Below are positions 49,042 to 57,829 of a DNA stretch of 64,000 nucleotides, piece by piece. Position numbers and translations under genes: made by a program. Positions within the stretch are counted from its first letter, which is position 1. The number at the start of each line of letters is the position of its first letter. The notes beneath the pieces were generated by a model, which had not been told where the DNA came from, searched no databases, and was given only the letters and a program-made list of their open reading frames with translations. The stretch is from a virus, in the IMG/VR virus record IMGVR_UViG_3300024261_001362, positions 32,706-96,705 of that record, one strand, 5' to 3'.

Positions 49042-49519
49042 CTCCAGTCAAATTTCTCTTCATCATTTTTAGGTTTTTATTAATTTTTCTCCTAACTAAT
49101 TCTCTTGAAATATTATTAGTCTTCGCAATTTCTTTAATTGTCATATTATTATAATATCTATCGAAAATAATAGATGGATCTGCACAATTATTGATTTCAT
49201 CCATCATATCAATATGATCATTAGATGAATAGGAAGATTTGCTATGCTTCAAAGACCTTTTAGTGTTCGAAAAGAATCTTTTTTCATTAGATCTCTTTAC
49301 ACTCATACATTCCATTAAAACTCCATTATAGAGATAACTAGAAAATTTGCAATCATTTAGCTCTTCGTTATATTTAGAACAAGCTCTCCATAAAGCATGA
49401 TATATACAATTTTCTAGTTCATCTTGGGTTAAGCAATGACGAAAAGAAGCTGTTGCCGATTTTGTCAACCTAATAATTTCCTCTGTCTTCATTAAATTTT
49501 CAATACTATCTTGGATCAT
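49034..49519 (-). CDS. phage RNA polymerase sigma factor (sigma70/ECF-like)
   Basis: Region 2 ALWRA..KY.....KFSSYLY; region 4 RYYNNMTIKEIA....ISRELVR. Confidence 0.8.
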   Translation of the reverse strand: MIQDSIENLMKTEEIIRLTKSATASFRHCLTQDELENCIYHALWRACSKYNEELNDCKFSSYLYNGVLMECMSVKRSNEKRFFSNTKRSLKHSKSSYSSNDHIDMMDEINNCADPSIIFDRYYNNMTIKEIAKTNNISRELVRRKINKNLKMMKRNLTGGV

Positions 49520-49529
49520 TCTTTTGTCC

Positions 49530-49967
49530 TTACAAAAAACTTTCTTCAATTTCTTTTCTTACATCAGAAAAGTCAAACATTCTACCAACACCAATAAAAA
49601 ATCTATACCTACTGCAAATTTTTAATACTTCAACTCCTCTTATGTTTTCTAACCTATCTTTAACTGATTTACTAATATTGAAATTAGTATGTCCCAACCA
49701 ACAGTCAAAGTTCGTTATCATTTGTATCTCGTTAGATAAATCCTCTGGCATCGCTGAAAATGCAGATGATAAATCTGCCTCTTGATATTCTTCTACCCCT
49801 TCTTGTTCCTCTTGATATTCGGGAGGATAGTCCATCTCTTTGTTTATAAAAATAGGCTTTAATATTGAGGCGGCTACCATATCTATTAAAGGTGAATTTA
49901 TTTGTTTCTCTAAAAGATCCTCATATTTTTGCCAGCCGATTTTATTTTTTGTAGACATAATTATCAC
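49530..49967 (-). CDS. hypothetical protein
   Basis: CWLGHTNFNI...GVEVLKICSRYRFFIGVG; coupled to the sigma gene. Confidence 0.6.
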   Translation of the reverse strand: MIIMSTKNKIGWQKYEDLLEKQINSPLIDMVAASILKPIFINKEMDYPPEYQEEQEGVEEYQEADLSSAFSAMPEDLSNEIQMITNFDCWLGHTNFNISKSVKDRLENIRGVEVLKICSRYRFFIGVGRMFDFSDVRKEIEESFL

Positions 49968-49970
49968 CTT

Positions 49971-50357
49971 TCATGGTAACATTTCAGAAGGATTTATATA
50001 TGGAGTACTATCCTCTTCCTTTCTTTCATTTAATAATGAAGCCTCATTAATTTTTAGTTCTGCAAAATGTTTAACAAAATCATTATACAATTCTTCTTGA
50101 TCAGAGTCTAATAAATTTGTCTGGATTATCTCTAAAACATCCAGTTGCCCTTTATAAGAGCTTATGTAATTGATTGCTGCGGCTAATTCATTAGCTTCTA
50201 TCTTCCTAGTTATATTTTCCAAATCAATAAAAAGAATTCCTTCTGTAGTCAACATAAAATTGATACTTAATAGAGGTTGACCATTTTCTGTATCCTCTTC
50301 TATTTGTTCTTCAGACTGTGTATTAGAATTAAAATAATTTTTTATAAGTTTAAACAT
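49971..50357 (-). CDS. acidic hypothetical protein
   Basis: Coupled ORF. Confidence 0.55.
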   Translation of the reverse strand: MFKLIKNYFNSNTQSEEQIEEDTENGQPLLSINFMLTTEGILFIDLENITRKIEANELAAAINYISSYKGQLDVLEIIQTNLLDSDQEELYNDFVKHFAELKINEASLLNERKEEDSTPYINPSEMLP

Positions 50358-51393
50358 ATTTTATGATTTCTTGTACTGTATGTGACCAAGTAAATTTTTT
50401 AGAAGTTTCTATACCGGCTTGATTAATCTTATTCTGACGTGACGATGAAAAGTTTTCCATATATTCAGCTAATATAGCTATAGTAGAGTCTTCTATTTTA
50501 GCCCAACTACCTTGACCAAAGAACCATTTATCATCAAATGCAGGTTCCATACTACTTATCGGGATCAAATCAGAGTTTTCTTTAGTACAAAATTCAGTAT
50601 GAGCTGAATAATCTGTAGTTATAACATGCTTTCCACATGCCATCAACTCCAATAACTCTAAATTCCATCCTTCTGCCCTAGATGGGAATACTCCACAATC
50701 CACTTCAGTCATAATATTATACACATCTAACTGCGTGTTGACTCGTGGTATAAGTTTAACATTAGGGCGATCATATAAATTTCTCCAATAATTCGCCTCA
50801 TTGAGAGAATTAAAAGGATTTTCACACATCATCCATAATTCAACATTATCTTGATCTATCATATCCCAAGCTTTTATTAGGATATCATGACCTTTACGAA
50901 CTTCCCATTTACCACAGTTAAAGAAAATAGTTTTACTTCTATCCTGATCTACTTTGGTTGGGACAAATATATCTAAATCTACACCAAGCGGTGCAACGTT
51001 AGTAGTTACGGTGATACCATTCTGCTCAACAATTCCTTTAGCCCACTCTGAACACACTATAAGATGATCAACTGAATTTAATTCATTAACTTCTTGGTCT
51101 GTAAATATATCCAACTCAAAGATAGGAAATCCAATCTTTTTACCAGTCAATCCTTCTGGCATTCTCATATCATGCTGGTGCCAGATCTTTAAGACCGGAG
51201 CATCCTCAAAACCTGACTTATTCATATTGTTAGCAAGTTCTTTACATATTTCAAAATCCCCAAGATTACTGCACTGAATTTCTCCAATAGGCCACAGTGC
51301 TACATCAGCAATTTTATTAAATTCTTTTACTATATTTAATGAAGCAATACCGTATCCTAATTGATTAATAGGTCCGATGATATTAATTTTCAT
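50350..51393 (-). CDS. GT4-family glycosyltransferase
   Basis: GKWEVRKG, PSRAEGWNLELLELMACG. Confidence 0.87.
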   Translation of the reverse strand: MKINIIGPINQLGYGIASLNIVKEFNKIADVALWPIGEIQCSNLGDFEICKELANNMNKSGFEDAPVLKIWHQHDMRMPEGLTGKKIGFPIFELDIFTDQEVNELNSVDHLIVCSEWAKGIVEQNGITVTTNVAPLGVDLDIFVPTKVDQDRSKTIFFNCGKWEVRKGHDILIKAWDMIDQDNVELWMMCENPFNSLNEANYWRNLYDRPNVKLIPRVNTQLDVYNIMTEVDCGVFPSRAEGWNLELLELMACGKHVITTDYSAHTEFCTKENSDLIPISSMEPAFDDKWFFGQGSWAKIEDSTIAILAEYMENFSSSRQNKINQAGIETSKKFTWSHTVQEIIKYV

Positions 51394-51404
51394 ACATCAT
51401 TTCC

Positions 51405-51602
51405 TTATTCGCGTGGCACATTATGGCTATAAAATAACTTATGTCTTTGTGTACCATCAGTCTTACTAATTATTCTATCGTCTAAATATCCTTCTTGGAT
51501 CAATTTTTTGGCAATATTACTTTCAATTTCAGTTAAATCTTCTAAATCTTTTTTATGAAATTGTAAGGCAATCCATTCTGCCGTTGTATACCAAGTTAGC
51601 AT
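51405..51602 (-). CDS. small hypothetical protein, paralog of 62549-62749
   Basis: Shared WIA..F...D..DL...E..I...LI.EGYL. Confidence 0.6.
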   Translation of the reverse strand: MLTWYTTAEWIALQFHKKDLEDLTEIESNIAKKLIQEGYLDDRIISKTDGTQRHKLFYSHNVPRE

Positions 51603-51606
51603 ATTA

Positions 51607-51864
51607 TCACCCTTTATCATTATCACGAAGAGAAAGCCCTCCATCAGTTTTGTTTCTGAATCTCTTAAGTGTCTCCAACCTATCTTCAGCGTCTGCTAAA
51701 CTCGCTAAGGATTCCTGTAGGTTATTATGTAGATCTCCTGTACTATGGTCACCAATGCCCGCAGGATGATCCAGTAACATATATAGACTTGCTTCAGCCT
51801 TTACCTTGTCGGTGATAGCTTGGTGATACAAAGAATCCAGTGCTGTTTCACGATAATTACTCAT
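51607..51864 (-). CDS. phage hypothetical protein
   Basis: HPAGIGDH motif; probable start MSNYR. Confidence 0.6.
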   Translation of the reverse strand: MSNYRETALDSLYHQAITDKVKAEASLYMLLDHPAGIGDHSTGDLHNNLQESLASLADAEDRLETLKRFRNKTDGGLSLRDNDKG

Positions 51865-52468
51865 AGTCCAAATGCCTTTCATATATTCTTTTTACTAAAC
51901 TTAAGAAGTTATCTTCTGATAGTCTTCTTTTTGCTAAATTACAATCCTCGCAACAGGATCTACAATTAGAAATTAGATATCCTTTATCGCTATCTATCCT
52001 GTCGATGCCAGACAATGCCTTTCTTGAAAAACTCTTATCTCCTATTCTGTCTGATCTACAGTTGTTTGGCGGTAGACCACAATACCAACATTCTTTTGTG
52101 ACCAGATCTTTAAATTGATCAAACGATAAATCGAAGGACCAAGATTTACTTTTACACTTACTCCTATAATTTGAGAAGACGATGGCAATGTGTCTATCTA
52201 AATCATCTTGATATTTCAAACCATTTTTATTACCAAGAAGATTAGTTACCCTACATTTTTTGCACGTTATAGTATCTCTCTTCTTAACAGCAGGCGACAT
52301 AAGTACCCGTCTAATAAACACTTGTTCCTCACCGCAGGAACATCGACATAAATAGTAGTGATCATATCTTTTACCAGACTCCACCCATTTTTCTTCTATA
52401 AATTTAATTACTTCTAAAGACCCTACTTTATAACCGACAAAATCTTCTACATTGACTCTGGATTTCAT
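51857..52468 (-). mobile_element. free-standing HNH homing endonuclease
   Basis: CRCSCG, CKKC, CWYCG, SGIDRIDSDKGY...NCRSCCEDCNLAK; AGGAGA RBS. Confidence 0.87.
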
Positions 52469-52519
52469 TGATATCTCCTGTGTTTAACCAGTATGTGAAA
52501 TTCGTAAGATTTCTATTAG

Positions 52520-52528
52520 ATTATACAC
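52520..52528 (-). promoter_or_regulatory. GTGTATAAT putative phage promoter (HNH gene)
   Basis: Repeated motif in a short intergenic gap. Confidence 0.55.
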
Positions 52529-52541
52529 ATTTCAATCAATA

Positions 52542-53234
52542 TTATAAATTAAATGCCTCCAAAGTTAGCTTGAATGGGTTACCTTCGATATTTTTAACAA
52601 GGTCCAGCATTGTAGCACTTATTTCTCTGATTTCCAATTGTGCATGCGGTTTATTTCGAAGATTTAAGAAATGTGCAAACGACCTCCAGTTAAACATTAC
52701 ATCAGCAGTAATTTGACTGTTGTACGTTTTAAAAAATCTGGCTGATTCTTTTGCTCGTTTGCGTCCTATGACTGGTTCAAGGTCTGCCATGCAAGCATGG
52801 TAAAGAGTATTTCCTTGTTGTGTGTATTTTTCTAAAATATCAATCCATTTTTCATGTTTTAGTGCAACAACAGATCCATGATCCCCCCACACAAAATCTT
52901 GTGAAACTTCAACAGCGTCCCAATCTTCCGGCAGGTAATACTTATCTTCCTTCAACTCCTTATAACGAGCAGATTCAGCATTAACACTCACACCTACCCT
53001 ATGTTTTAGGATATGAATATGTGAAGCAATATCTGTAGTAACCAAGAAATGGAAAGAAGATTTCTCGAATGGAGTATGGTGCCCTTCTTTTGCCAGCATA
53101 TTAAGAAGACCACCCATCCTATCACGCTTATCGTCAGTAAGATCTCTACTGGTGGATGTCCAAGCGGACAAACAATGAGTTTTGTCGCTACCATAATACC
53201 CAATCAGTTCTACTTTGTTTTCGTGTTCAGCCAT
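52542..53234 (-). CDS. thyX: flavin-dependent thymidylate synthase
   Basis: GHHTPFE, KHRVGVSVNAESARY, NWRS..HF..LR...HAQLEIR. Confidence 0.92.
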   Translation of the reverse strand: MAEHENKVELIGYYGSDKTHCLSAWTSTSRDLTDDKRDRMGGLLNMLAKEGHHTPFEKSSFHFLVTTDIASHIHILKHRVGVSVNAESARYKELKEDKYYLPEDWDAVEVSQDFVWGDHGSVVALKHEKWIDILEKYTQQGNTLYHACMADLEPVIGRKRAKESARFFKTYNSQITADVMFNWRSFAHFLNLRNKPHAQLEIREISATMLDLVKNIEGNPFKLTLEAFNL

Positions 53235-53315
53235 TCGTAAACCTTTCCTAATTCATCAACAGTGGCATCAGATTTGATTCTATTTGCCTTTGCTGATATT
53301 ACATGGATTTCATCT
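53211..53315 (-). pseudogene. C-terminal remnant of an HNH endonuclease
   Basis: Reads DEIHVISAKANRIKSDATVDELGKVYEWLNTKTK*, typical of the end of HNH proteins; N-terminal part absent; overlaps the thyX start. Confidence 0.65.
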
Positions 53316-53330
53316 TCACATAACGGTAAT

Positions 53331-53358
53331 GAGCGGCAAAACTTATGTCTTACCGCTC
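53331..53358 (-). promoter_or_regulatory. 12-bp RNA hairpin downstream of a TATAAT box
   Basis: GAGCGGTAAGAC-ATAA-GTTTTGCCGCTC with two G-U pairs. Confidence 0.55.
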
Positions 53359-53384
53359 TGTAAAAATCAAATTATATGTAATAT

Positions 53385-54380
53385 CTACCATTTTTTACAA
53401 GACCAATACCGAGCTTTCCATTTTGGACCCGGAGTATCACATTTATGTCTCGCTCTAAAACTTTTTCGTCGTGCAGGATTATCTTTCTTGATCTCCATAT
53501 TAGGATCACCAAAGTTTACCTTAACTACATTGCCCTTTTCATTCTTAACATAGACTGAAAACTTCTTGGGACCATCTGGAGTTCTAAAAGGCTTATTTAG
53601 CTTAACCTTTCTACCTTGATATTCCGATGCACGAACTGGAATTAGTGTTCTACCGCTTTTTTTGTAAATACCTTTTCTTTCGTACTCATATACTTCACCA
53701 GTTTTAGGATCTTTATATTTAAAACTACCCTTGCTATCTTCTCCTCCATGCTTTTTGTACCAACCTTGGAATTCCTTCATATTTTTACCGGGCATCCATA
53801 ATGTTTTATTATCTCCACTCTTGTGAGAATGAACACCAGATAGACCAATCTTCTCAGCCATTTTTTCAGCAGCTTCCTTAGAATCAAATACATAATCCTG
53901 CATTGGCCCAGCTTTATGTGCTACTGATTCCTGAGCTTTTTTGTAAGATTCTGGATCTGGACGATCAGGATCTCCGGGTTTAGCTGGCTTATACTTCTTA
54001 CCTTCACGTTCCTTCTTCTTACGAATATTTTCCCAAAGACCCGGTTTTTCAATCGCTATATCCCACTCTAATACTTCATTATTATCATCATTAATATCAA
54101 CCATGAGATAATAATATGTTTGTGGGTCTAGATTATTATAATCCGCTTCTACAGGAATTACAAAATTGTGTTCATTGATTTCTTCTTCAAACCCATATGC
54201 TTCATATGAGAAGCTAAAGTCAGCGGCTTCCATATAATCAAGAGATTCAGCAGCTTTACTTAAACAAACAGCGGTCCTCTGTTTATTAACTGGGTATTCC
54301 TCTTTCATATTACTATCGCTCATACAACGTGACATAAATTCATTAGGTTTTTCATTTTCTTTTTTATTTGGGATTGGCAT
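53385..54380 (-). CDS. modular basic phage protein
   Basis: Modules FMSRCM...QRTAVC, GLWENIRKK...PGDPDRP, H.H...WMPG and VNFGDPNM...RRKSFRARHKC...ARYWSC. Confidence 0.65.
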   Translation of the reverse strand: MPIPNKKENEKPNEFMSRCMSDSNMKEEYPVNKQRTAVCLSKAAESLDYMEAADFSFSYEAYGFEEEINEHNFVIPVEADYNNLDPQTYYYLMVDINDDNNEVLEWDIAIEKPGLWENIRKKKEREGKKYKPAKPGDPDRPDPESYKKAQESVAHKAGPMQDYVFDSKEAAEKMAEKIGLSGVHSHKSGDNKTLWMPGKNMKEFQGWYKKHGGEDSKGSFKYKDPKTGEVYEYERKGIYKKSGRTLIPVRASEYQGRKVKLNKPFRTPDGPKKFSVYVKNEKGNVVKVNFGDPNMEIKKDNPARRKSFRARHKCDTPGPKWKARYWSCKKW

Positions 54381-54771
54381 AAACAACTCCTAAAAAATGT
54401 TCTAAAGATGTTATAGTATTATTTTTGAAAATATTATCAACAATTTTTTTCGCTTGAGTCTTCTTTTCTCCCAAGGATGTTAAAGTCAAAATACAATCTT
54501 GTTGTAGTTTAGAAGGTTTTTTCTTCTTTTTGACTTTTCTTTTCTTGGAAGTAGTCTTACGTTTAGGTTTAGACTTAGACTCAGATTCAATATTTGTGAC
54601 AACAATAGTGCTTTGAGGTACTTCAGTTTCAAATTCTGCAATTGTTATTTCACTAAAGTTTGGTTTTCTAATAGATAGTACACCAAAACCATACAAAACA
54701 CTTAAAATGATACAACCAACTGTAAAAATAATAGAGGTTTGATCAACTACTTTATCCCAATGCGTTGTCAT
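54364..54771 (-). CDS. membrane protein with basic tail and RuvA-C-terminal-like helix
   Basis: N-terminal TM; DCILTLTSLGEKKTQAKKIV. Confidence 0.55.
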   Translation of the reverse strand: MTTHWDKVVDQTSIIFTVGCIILSVLYGFGVLSIRKPNFSEITIAEFETEVPQSTIVVTNIESESKSKPKRKTTSKKRKVKKKKKPSKLQQDCILTLTSLGEKKTQAKKIVDNIFKNNTITSLEHFLGVVYANPK

Positions 54772-54786
54772 TTTTATATCCTAAAA

Positions 54787-54815
54787 GCCGGTTTTGATGA
54801 GATCCGGCAACTCAT
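54787..54815 (-). ncRNA. predicted H-type RNA pseudoknot
   Basis: ATGAG-TT-GCCGG-AT-CTCAT-CAAAA-CCGGC: two crossing perfect 5-bp stems. Confidence 0.55.
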
Positions 54816-54821
54816 GCAAAT

Positions 54822-55139
54822 TTAATTAGGATTTGGTCCTAAAGAAATTTTATCAGCAAAAATACTACACGAAGTACGCTTATTACTTTCGCTATCTTCA
54901 TATTCTTCCACCTTAAGAGGACCAAGAACTGAAACAATACGACCCTTAGTCAACTTATCATTCAGATTCTCTGCCATCTTACCAAAACACAACACGTTTA
55001 GGAAGGTAGTTTCTTCTTCTTGTCCGCGATAACTATTAATAGCTATTCGGAATTTGGACATTGCAACACCCTTCTGAGTTTGAGAATACTCAGCATCACG
55101 GGTTAATCGTCCACAACCATTAAAACAATTTACATTCAT
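54822..55139 (-). CDS. ssb: single-stranded DNA-binding protein (no acidic tail)
   Basis: GRLTRDAE, FRIAIN, FLNVLCFGKMAE...KG. Confidence 0.88.
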   Translation of the reverse strand: MNVNCFNGCGRLTRDAEYSQTQKGVAMSKFRIAINSYRGQEEETTFLNVLCFGKMAENLNDKLTKGRIVSVLGPLKVEEYEDSESNKRTSCSIFADKISLGPNPN

Positions 55140-55159
55140 TCCTAGCTCTCCTAATCAAT

Positions 55160-55480
55160 CTAACGGCTGTTAACATTCGACAAGATTCTACCACGTACAA
55201 CTTGAGCATTACCACGATTGGTACGGCTATGTGTTGCATCATAAACATGTTGAGTAAAACTTCGAGGAAGACCAAGAGCTGAACCAGCCTTCAAGGTTTC
55301 CTTTTTGTTATTACTAAAAGTCCCAAGACCCTTCTTGTGAGCAACAGCAGTAACAGGATTAAAAGTTTCACCCCTATCATTACCACGAGTCTTCGTGGCA
55401 GTAATAGTTGAATCTTCCATACCCCAACGATAACACTGAGGAAGATTGTTCAGTGTTTCATAAAAATCGCTTCTATCCAT
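55160..55480 (-). CDS. hypothetical protein
   Basis: AGGAGAG RBS; FNPVTAVA motif. Confidence 0.65.
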   Translation of the reverse strand: MDRSDFYETLNNLPQCYRWGMEDSTITATKTRGNDRGETFNPVTAVAHKKGLGTFSNNKKETLKAGSALGLPRSFTQHVYDATHSRTNRGNAQVVRGRILSNVNSR

Positions 55481-55534
55481 CTTAACTCTCCTAACAAAAA
55501 ACATTAAAACAAACTCCCACAGTGGGAATTCTTA

Positions 55535-55723
55535 TTAAGATTCAGCACCTTCAACTACCTCCTCATTTGTTTGGTCAGCTTGCAAGGTCTGTAATCCTTC
55601 ATTTAAGTATTCAACCATTCTTTCTTTTTCTGAATTTAATTCAGCAATCTTCTGGTCAATTACTTGAATTTCTCGTTGTACATTCAACAGGTGGGCTTCC
55701 GCCATCTCTCGTTCACTAGGCAT
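55535..55723 (-). CDS. small coiled-coil protein
   Basis: AAGGAGA RBS, heptad pattern. Confidence 0.65.
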   Translation of the reverse strand: MPSEREMAEAHLLNVQREIQVIDQKIAELNSEKERMVEYLNEGLQTLQADQTNEEVVEGAES

Positions 55724-55752
55724 TTTCTTCTCCTTATTAAGTAGACACACTT

Positions 55753-55781
55753 ATTATAGTGTTGTAAAGCGATAAAGTCAA
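55753..55781 (-). promoter_or_regulatory. sigma70-type promoter
   Basis: TTGACT-17 nt-TATAAT. Confidence 0.8.
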
Positions 55782-55845
55782 ATACTTTATCAAAGATTAT
55801 CTGTAATTTAATAAATTTGTCGATCATTATAGATAGGGTGGTACA

Positions 55846-56055
55846 TTATTCATCGTATTCAATAACACATATTTCTGCTTCTTTAAACATCTGACGAGAG
55901 ACATTAAAGTCCTCTTTCCATCTTGGATTTTTATTTTTAACACTAACCACTCTTTTAATACCTGCTTGGATGATCATACCAGTACATACAGAACAAGGCA
56001 AAAAAGGATAAGTATAAATATGACAATCTTTAACATTTGCGTTAGCAAAAATCAT
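55846..56055 (-). pseudogene. C-terminal half of a second dCMP deaminase
   Basis: IYTYPFLPCSVC...IIQAGIKRVV aligns with 56174-56635; the HAE motif is missing. Confidence 0.75.
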
Positions 56056-56173
56056 ATTAGTTCCTTTTGTTTAATCTTAGACAATTGGGTAAGACAACAT
56101 AGTCTACCACTCAATTCTTTGTTCAATCGGGCCTTTTGCTTAGATTATGAAATTAATGCTGTTTATGGAGATG

Positions 56174-56635
56174 CTATTGATTATATAGATGATGGTAGAT
56201 ACGATTCAATTCATATGTGATAAATGAAATCTCTGCTTCTTGGCACATTTTAGTAGTAATCTCAATACTATCTTTCCATCTATCAAATGTATTTACGGGT
56301 GCTACAATTCTTGATATCCCCGACTGAATAATTTTAGAACAACATTTTGAACAGGGTGGCATTGGCCAAGTATAAATACTACACCCAGTCAAATCCCTCT
56401 TCGCTGTTAAGATAGCATTCTCTTCAGCGTGAATAATAATGCCAAGTTTCTCATCTCTACGATTCAACCTCTCGTCATCTTTTATTCCTCTGGGAAATCC
56501 ATTAAATCCAACTGAAATAACGCGACGTTCCTGATCAATAATCACAGTACCAACTTGAGTAGAAGGATCTTTTGACCAACTTCCAACTAATTTTGCCATT
56601 TCAAGAAATCGTAAGTCCCATTTTTTTAAAATCAT
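56174..56635 (-). CDS. dCMP deaminase
   Basis: SKDPSTQVG, GFNGFPRG, HAEENA, PCSKC. Confidence 0.92.
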   Translation of the reverse strand: MILKKWDLRFLEMAKLVGSWSKDPSTQVGTVIIDQERRVISVGFNGFPRGIKDDERLNRRDEKLGIIIHAEENAILTAKRDLTGCSIYTWPMPPCSKCCSKIIQSGISRIVAPVNTFDRWKDSIEITTKMCQEAEISFITYELNRIYHHLYNQ

Positions 56636-57135
56636 ACTCCAAACTTTCTTAAAACTTTATCAACTTTTTTAATTTCATCATGAACTGCCGCATTTTTCTT
56701 CGCCGCATTATGAATCAGAGTACTTGATGATTCTTTCTTACCACCACCAACATTATATAGACTGGTCAATTGATTATTATTATTAGAACAAAATTCTTCT
56801 TCAGGAGTGTTGTTATTACCCCTATCTCCACCATTACAAAAGATAAATGTATTCCTACCATTAGCTTGGTTTTGAATTACAACATGCTTTAATGTTTCTA
56901 TAACGCTGGAATCTTTATCGCGAGATAAAACAGCTTTATTAACACATCGTAAGGCAGAAACAATTCTAACTCTATCTTCTTCATCCATGAATGGGGTACT
57001 ACCCTTTAGATTTACTTGATAATCACTGTTTATAATAACAATTAGTTTATCGGATATTTTTTTGGCTGCTTCAAGATAATCTAAATGTCCAATATGTAAA
57101 GGATTAAAATATCCCGACACTATTGCTATTTTCAT
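56632..57135 (-). CDS. cytidylyltransferase-family protein (TagD/RfaE-like)
   Basis: SGYFNPLHIGH, NSD, NGGDR, SSS. Confidence 0.85.
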   Translation of the reverse strand: MKIAIVSGYFNPLHIGHLDYLEAAKKISDKLIVIINSDYQVNLKGSTPFMDEEDRVRIVSALRCVNKAVLSRDKDSSVIETLKHVVIQNQANGRNTFIFCNGGDRGNNNTPEEEFCSNNNNQLTSLYNVGGGKKESSSTLIHNAAKKNAAVHDEIKKVDKVLRKFGV

Positions 57136-57392
57136 TTTTTCTTCTTTCTTTTACCAGATTGTTCAATCTTACCAATAAAACAATAGTAACACAAAGGCTC
57201 AGGTAAGAAATCGAAAACTCTTTTAAAATGTCTTACAGTACCATTCCTATCTCTTAACATATAATGCTCTATTTCTCTACCTTTAGCACCTAATTCAGAA
57301 CCATGAGTAAAAATTTTTCCACCATATCGTAGTTTAAGAATATAAGCCCAACAATAACAATTTCCAAGACAGTACATCCTATGTTTCTCCAT
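57132..57392 (-). CDS. hypothetical protein
   Basis: GNCYCWA...YGG motif; coupled ORF. Confidence 0.55.
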   Translation of the reverse strand: MEKHRMYCLGNCYCWAYILKLRYGGKIFTHGSELGAKGREIEHYMLRDRNGTVRHFKRVFDFLPEPLCYYCFIGKIEQSGKRKKKK

Positions 57393-57624
57393 CTAAGTAT
57401 TCGTAGAATCTATCCATGAGTCTATCGTAAGTATTAGAGTTCCTTAAACTCCCCGTTATAGTCTTGTAAAGTTTCTTAGGAAACAATATCATACCATCTT
57501 GCTCAAACTTATCAATAGGTATTCTCTTTATTTCTTGAGAATCTTTAGATATAACCATCTTTTTGATTTTTGGTTTTAGCTGAACTGTCCAATCTTCAAT
57601 ACTAACCTTAAATCCTTTAGTCAT
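57379..57624 (-). CDS. hypothetical protein
   Basis: AGGAGAG RBS before MTKGF. Confidence 0.6.
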   Translation of the reverse strand: MTKGFKVSIEDWTVQLKPKIKKMVISKDSQEIKRIPIDKFEQDGMILFPKKLYKTITGSLRNSNTYDRLMDRFYEYLDGET

Positions 57625-57635
57625 AAACTCTCCTG

Positions 57636-57770
57636 TCAAGCGTATAAATAAGTAATTACCAATGCAATGCCACAAATAATAAAAGTAAATGTAATACCAA
57701 TACCCAACCCAAATATCATTATCATAATATATTGATCAATTATTCTTTGTATCTTTTCTGGCTTTGGCAT
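57636..57770 (-). CDS. small membrane protein (44 aa)
   Basis: Not in the ORF track: MPKPEKIQRIIDQYIMIMIFGLGIGITFTFIICGIALVITYLYA. Confidence 0.55.
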   Translation of the reverse strand: MPKPEKIQRIIDQYIMIMIFGLGIGITFTFIICGIALVITYLYA

Positions 57771-57804
57771 ATTAATCAATTCTATTAGTTTAAATGAGAC
57801 ACAT

Positions 57805-57820
57805 TGGTGGAGATGGCGAG
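57805..57820 (-). other. orphan tmRNA-like 3' end (att-like)
   Basis: CTCGCCATCTCCACCA, 9 nt downstream of the tmRNA discriminator base. Confidence 0.65.
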
Positions 57821-57829
57821 AAAAATAAG

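Noticed and set aside
55808-55846. MYHPIYND resembling the IYHHLYNQ tail of the full deaminase
   Set aside because: Too short, and the latter tail is only the antisense reading of the captured fragment; probably chance
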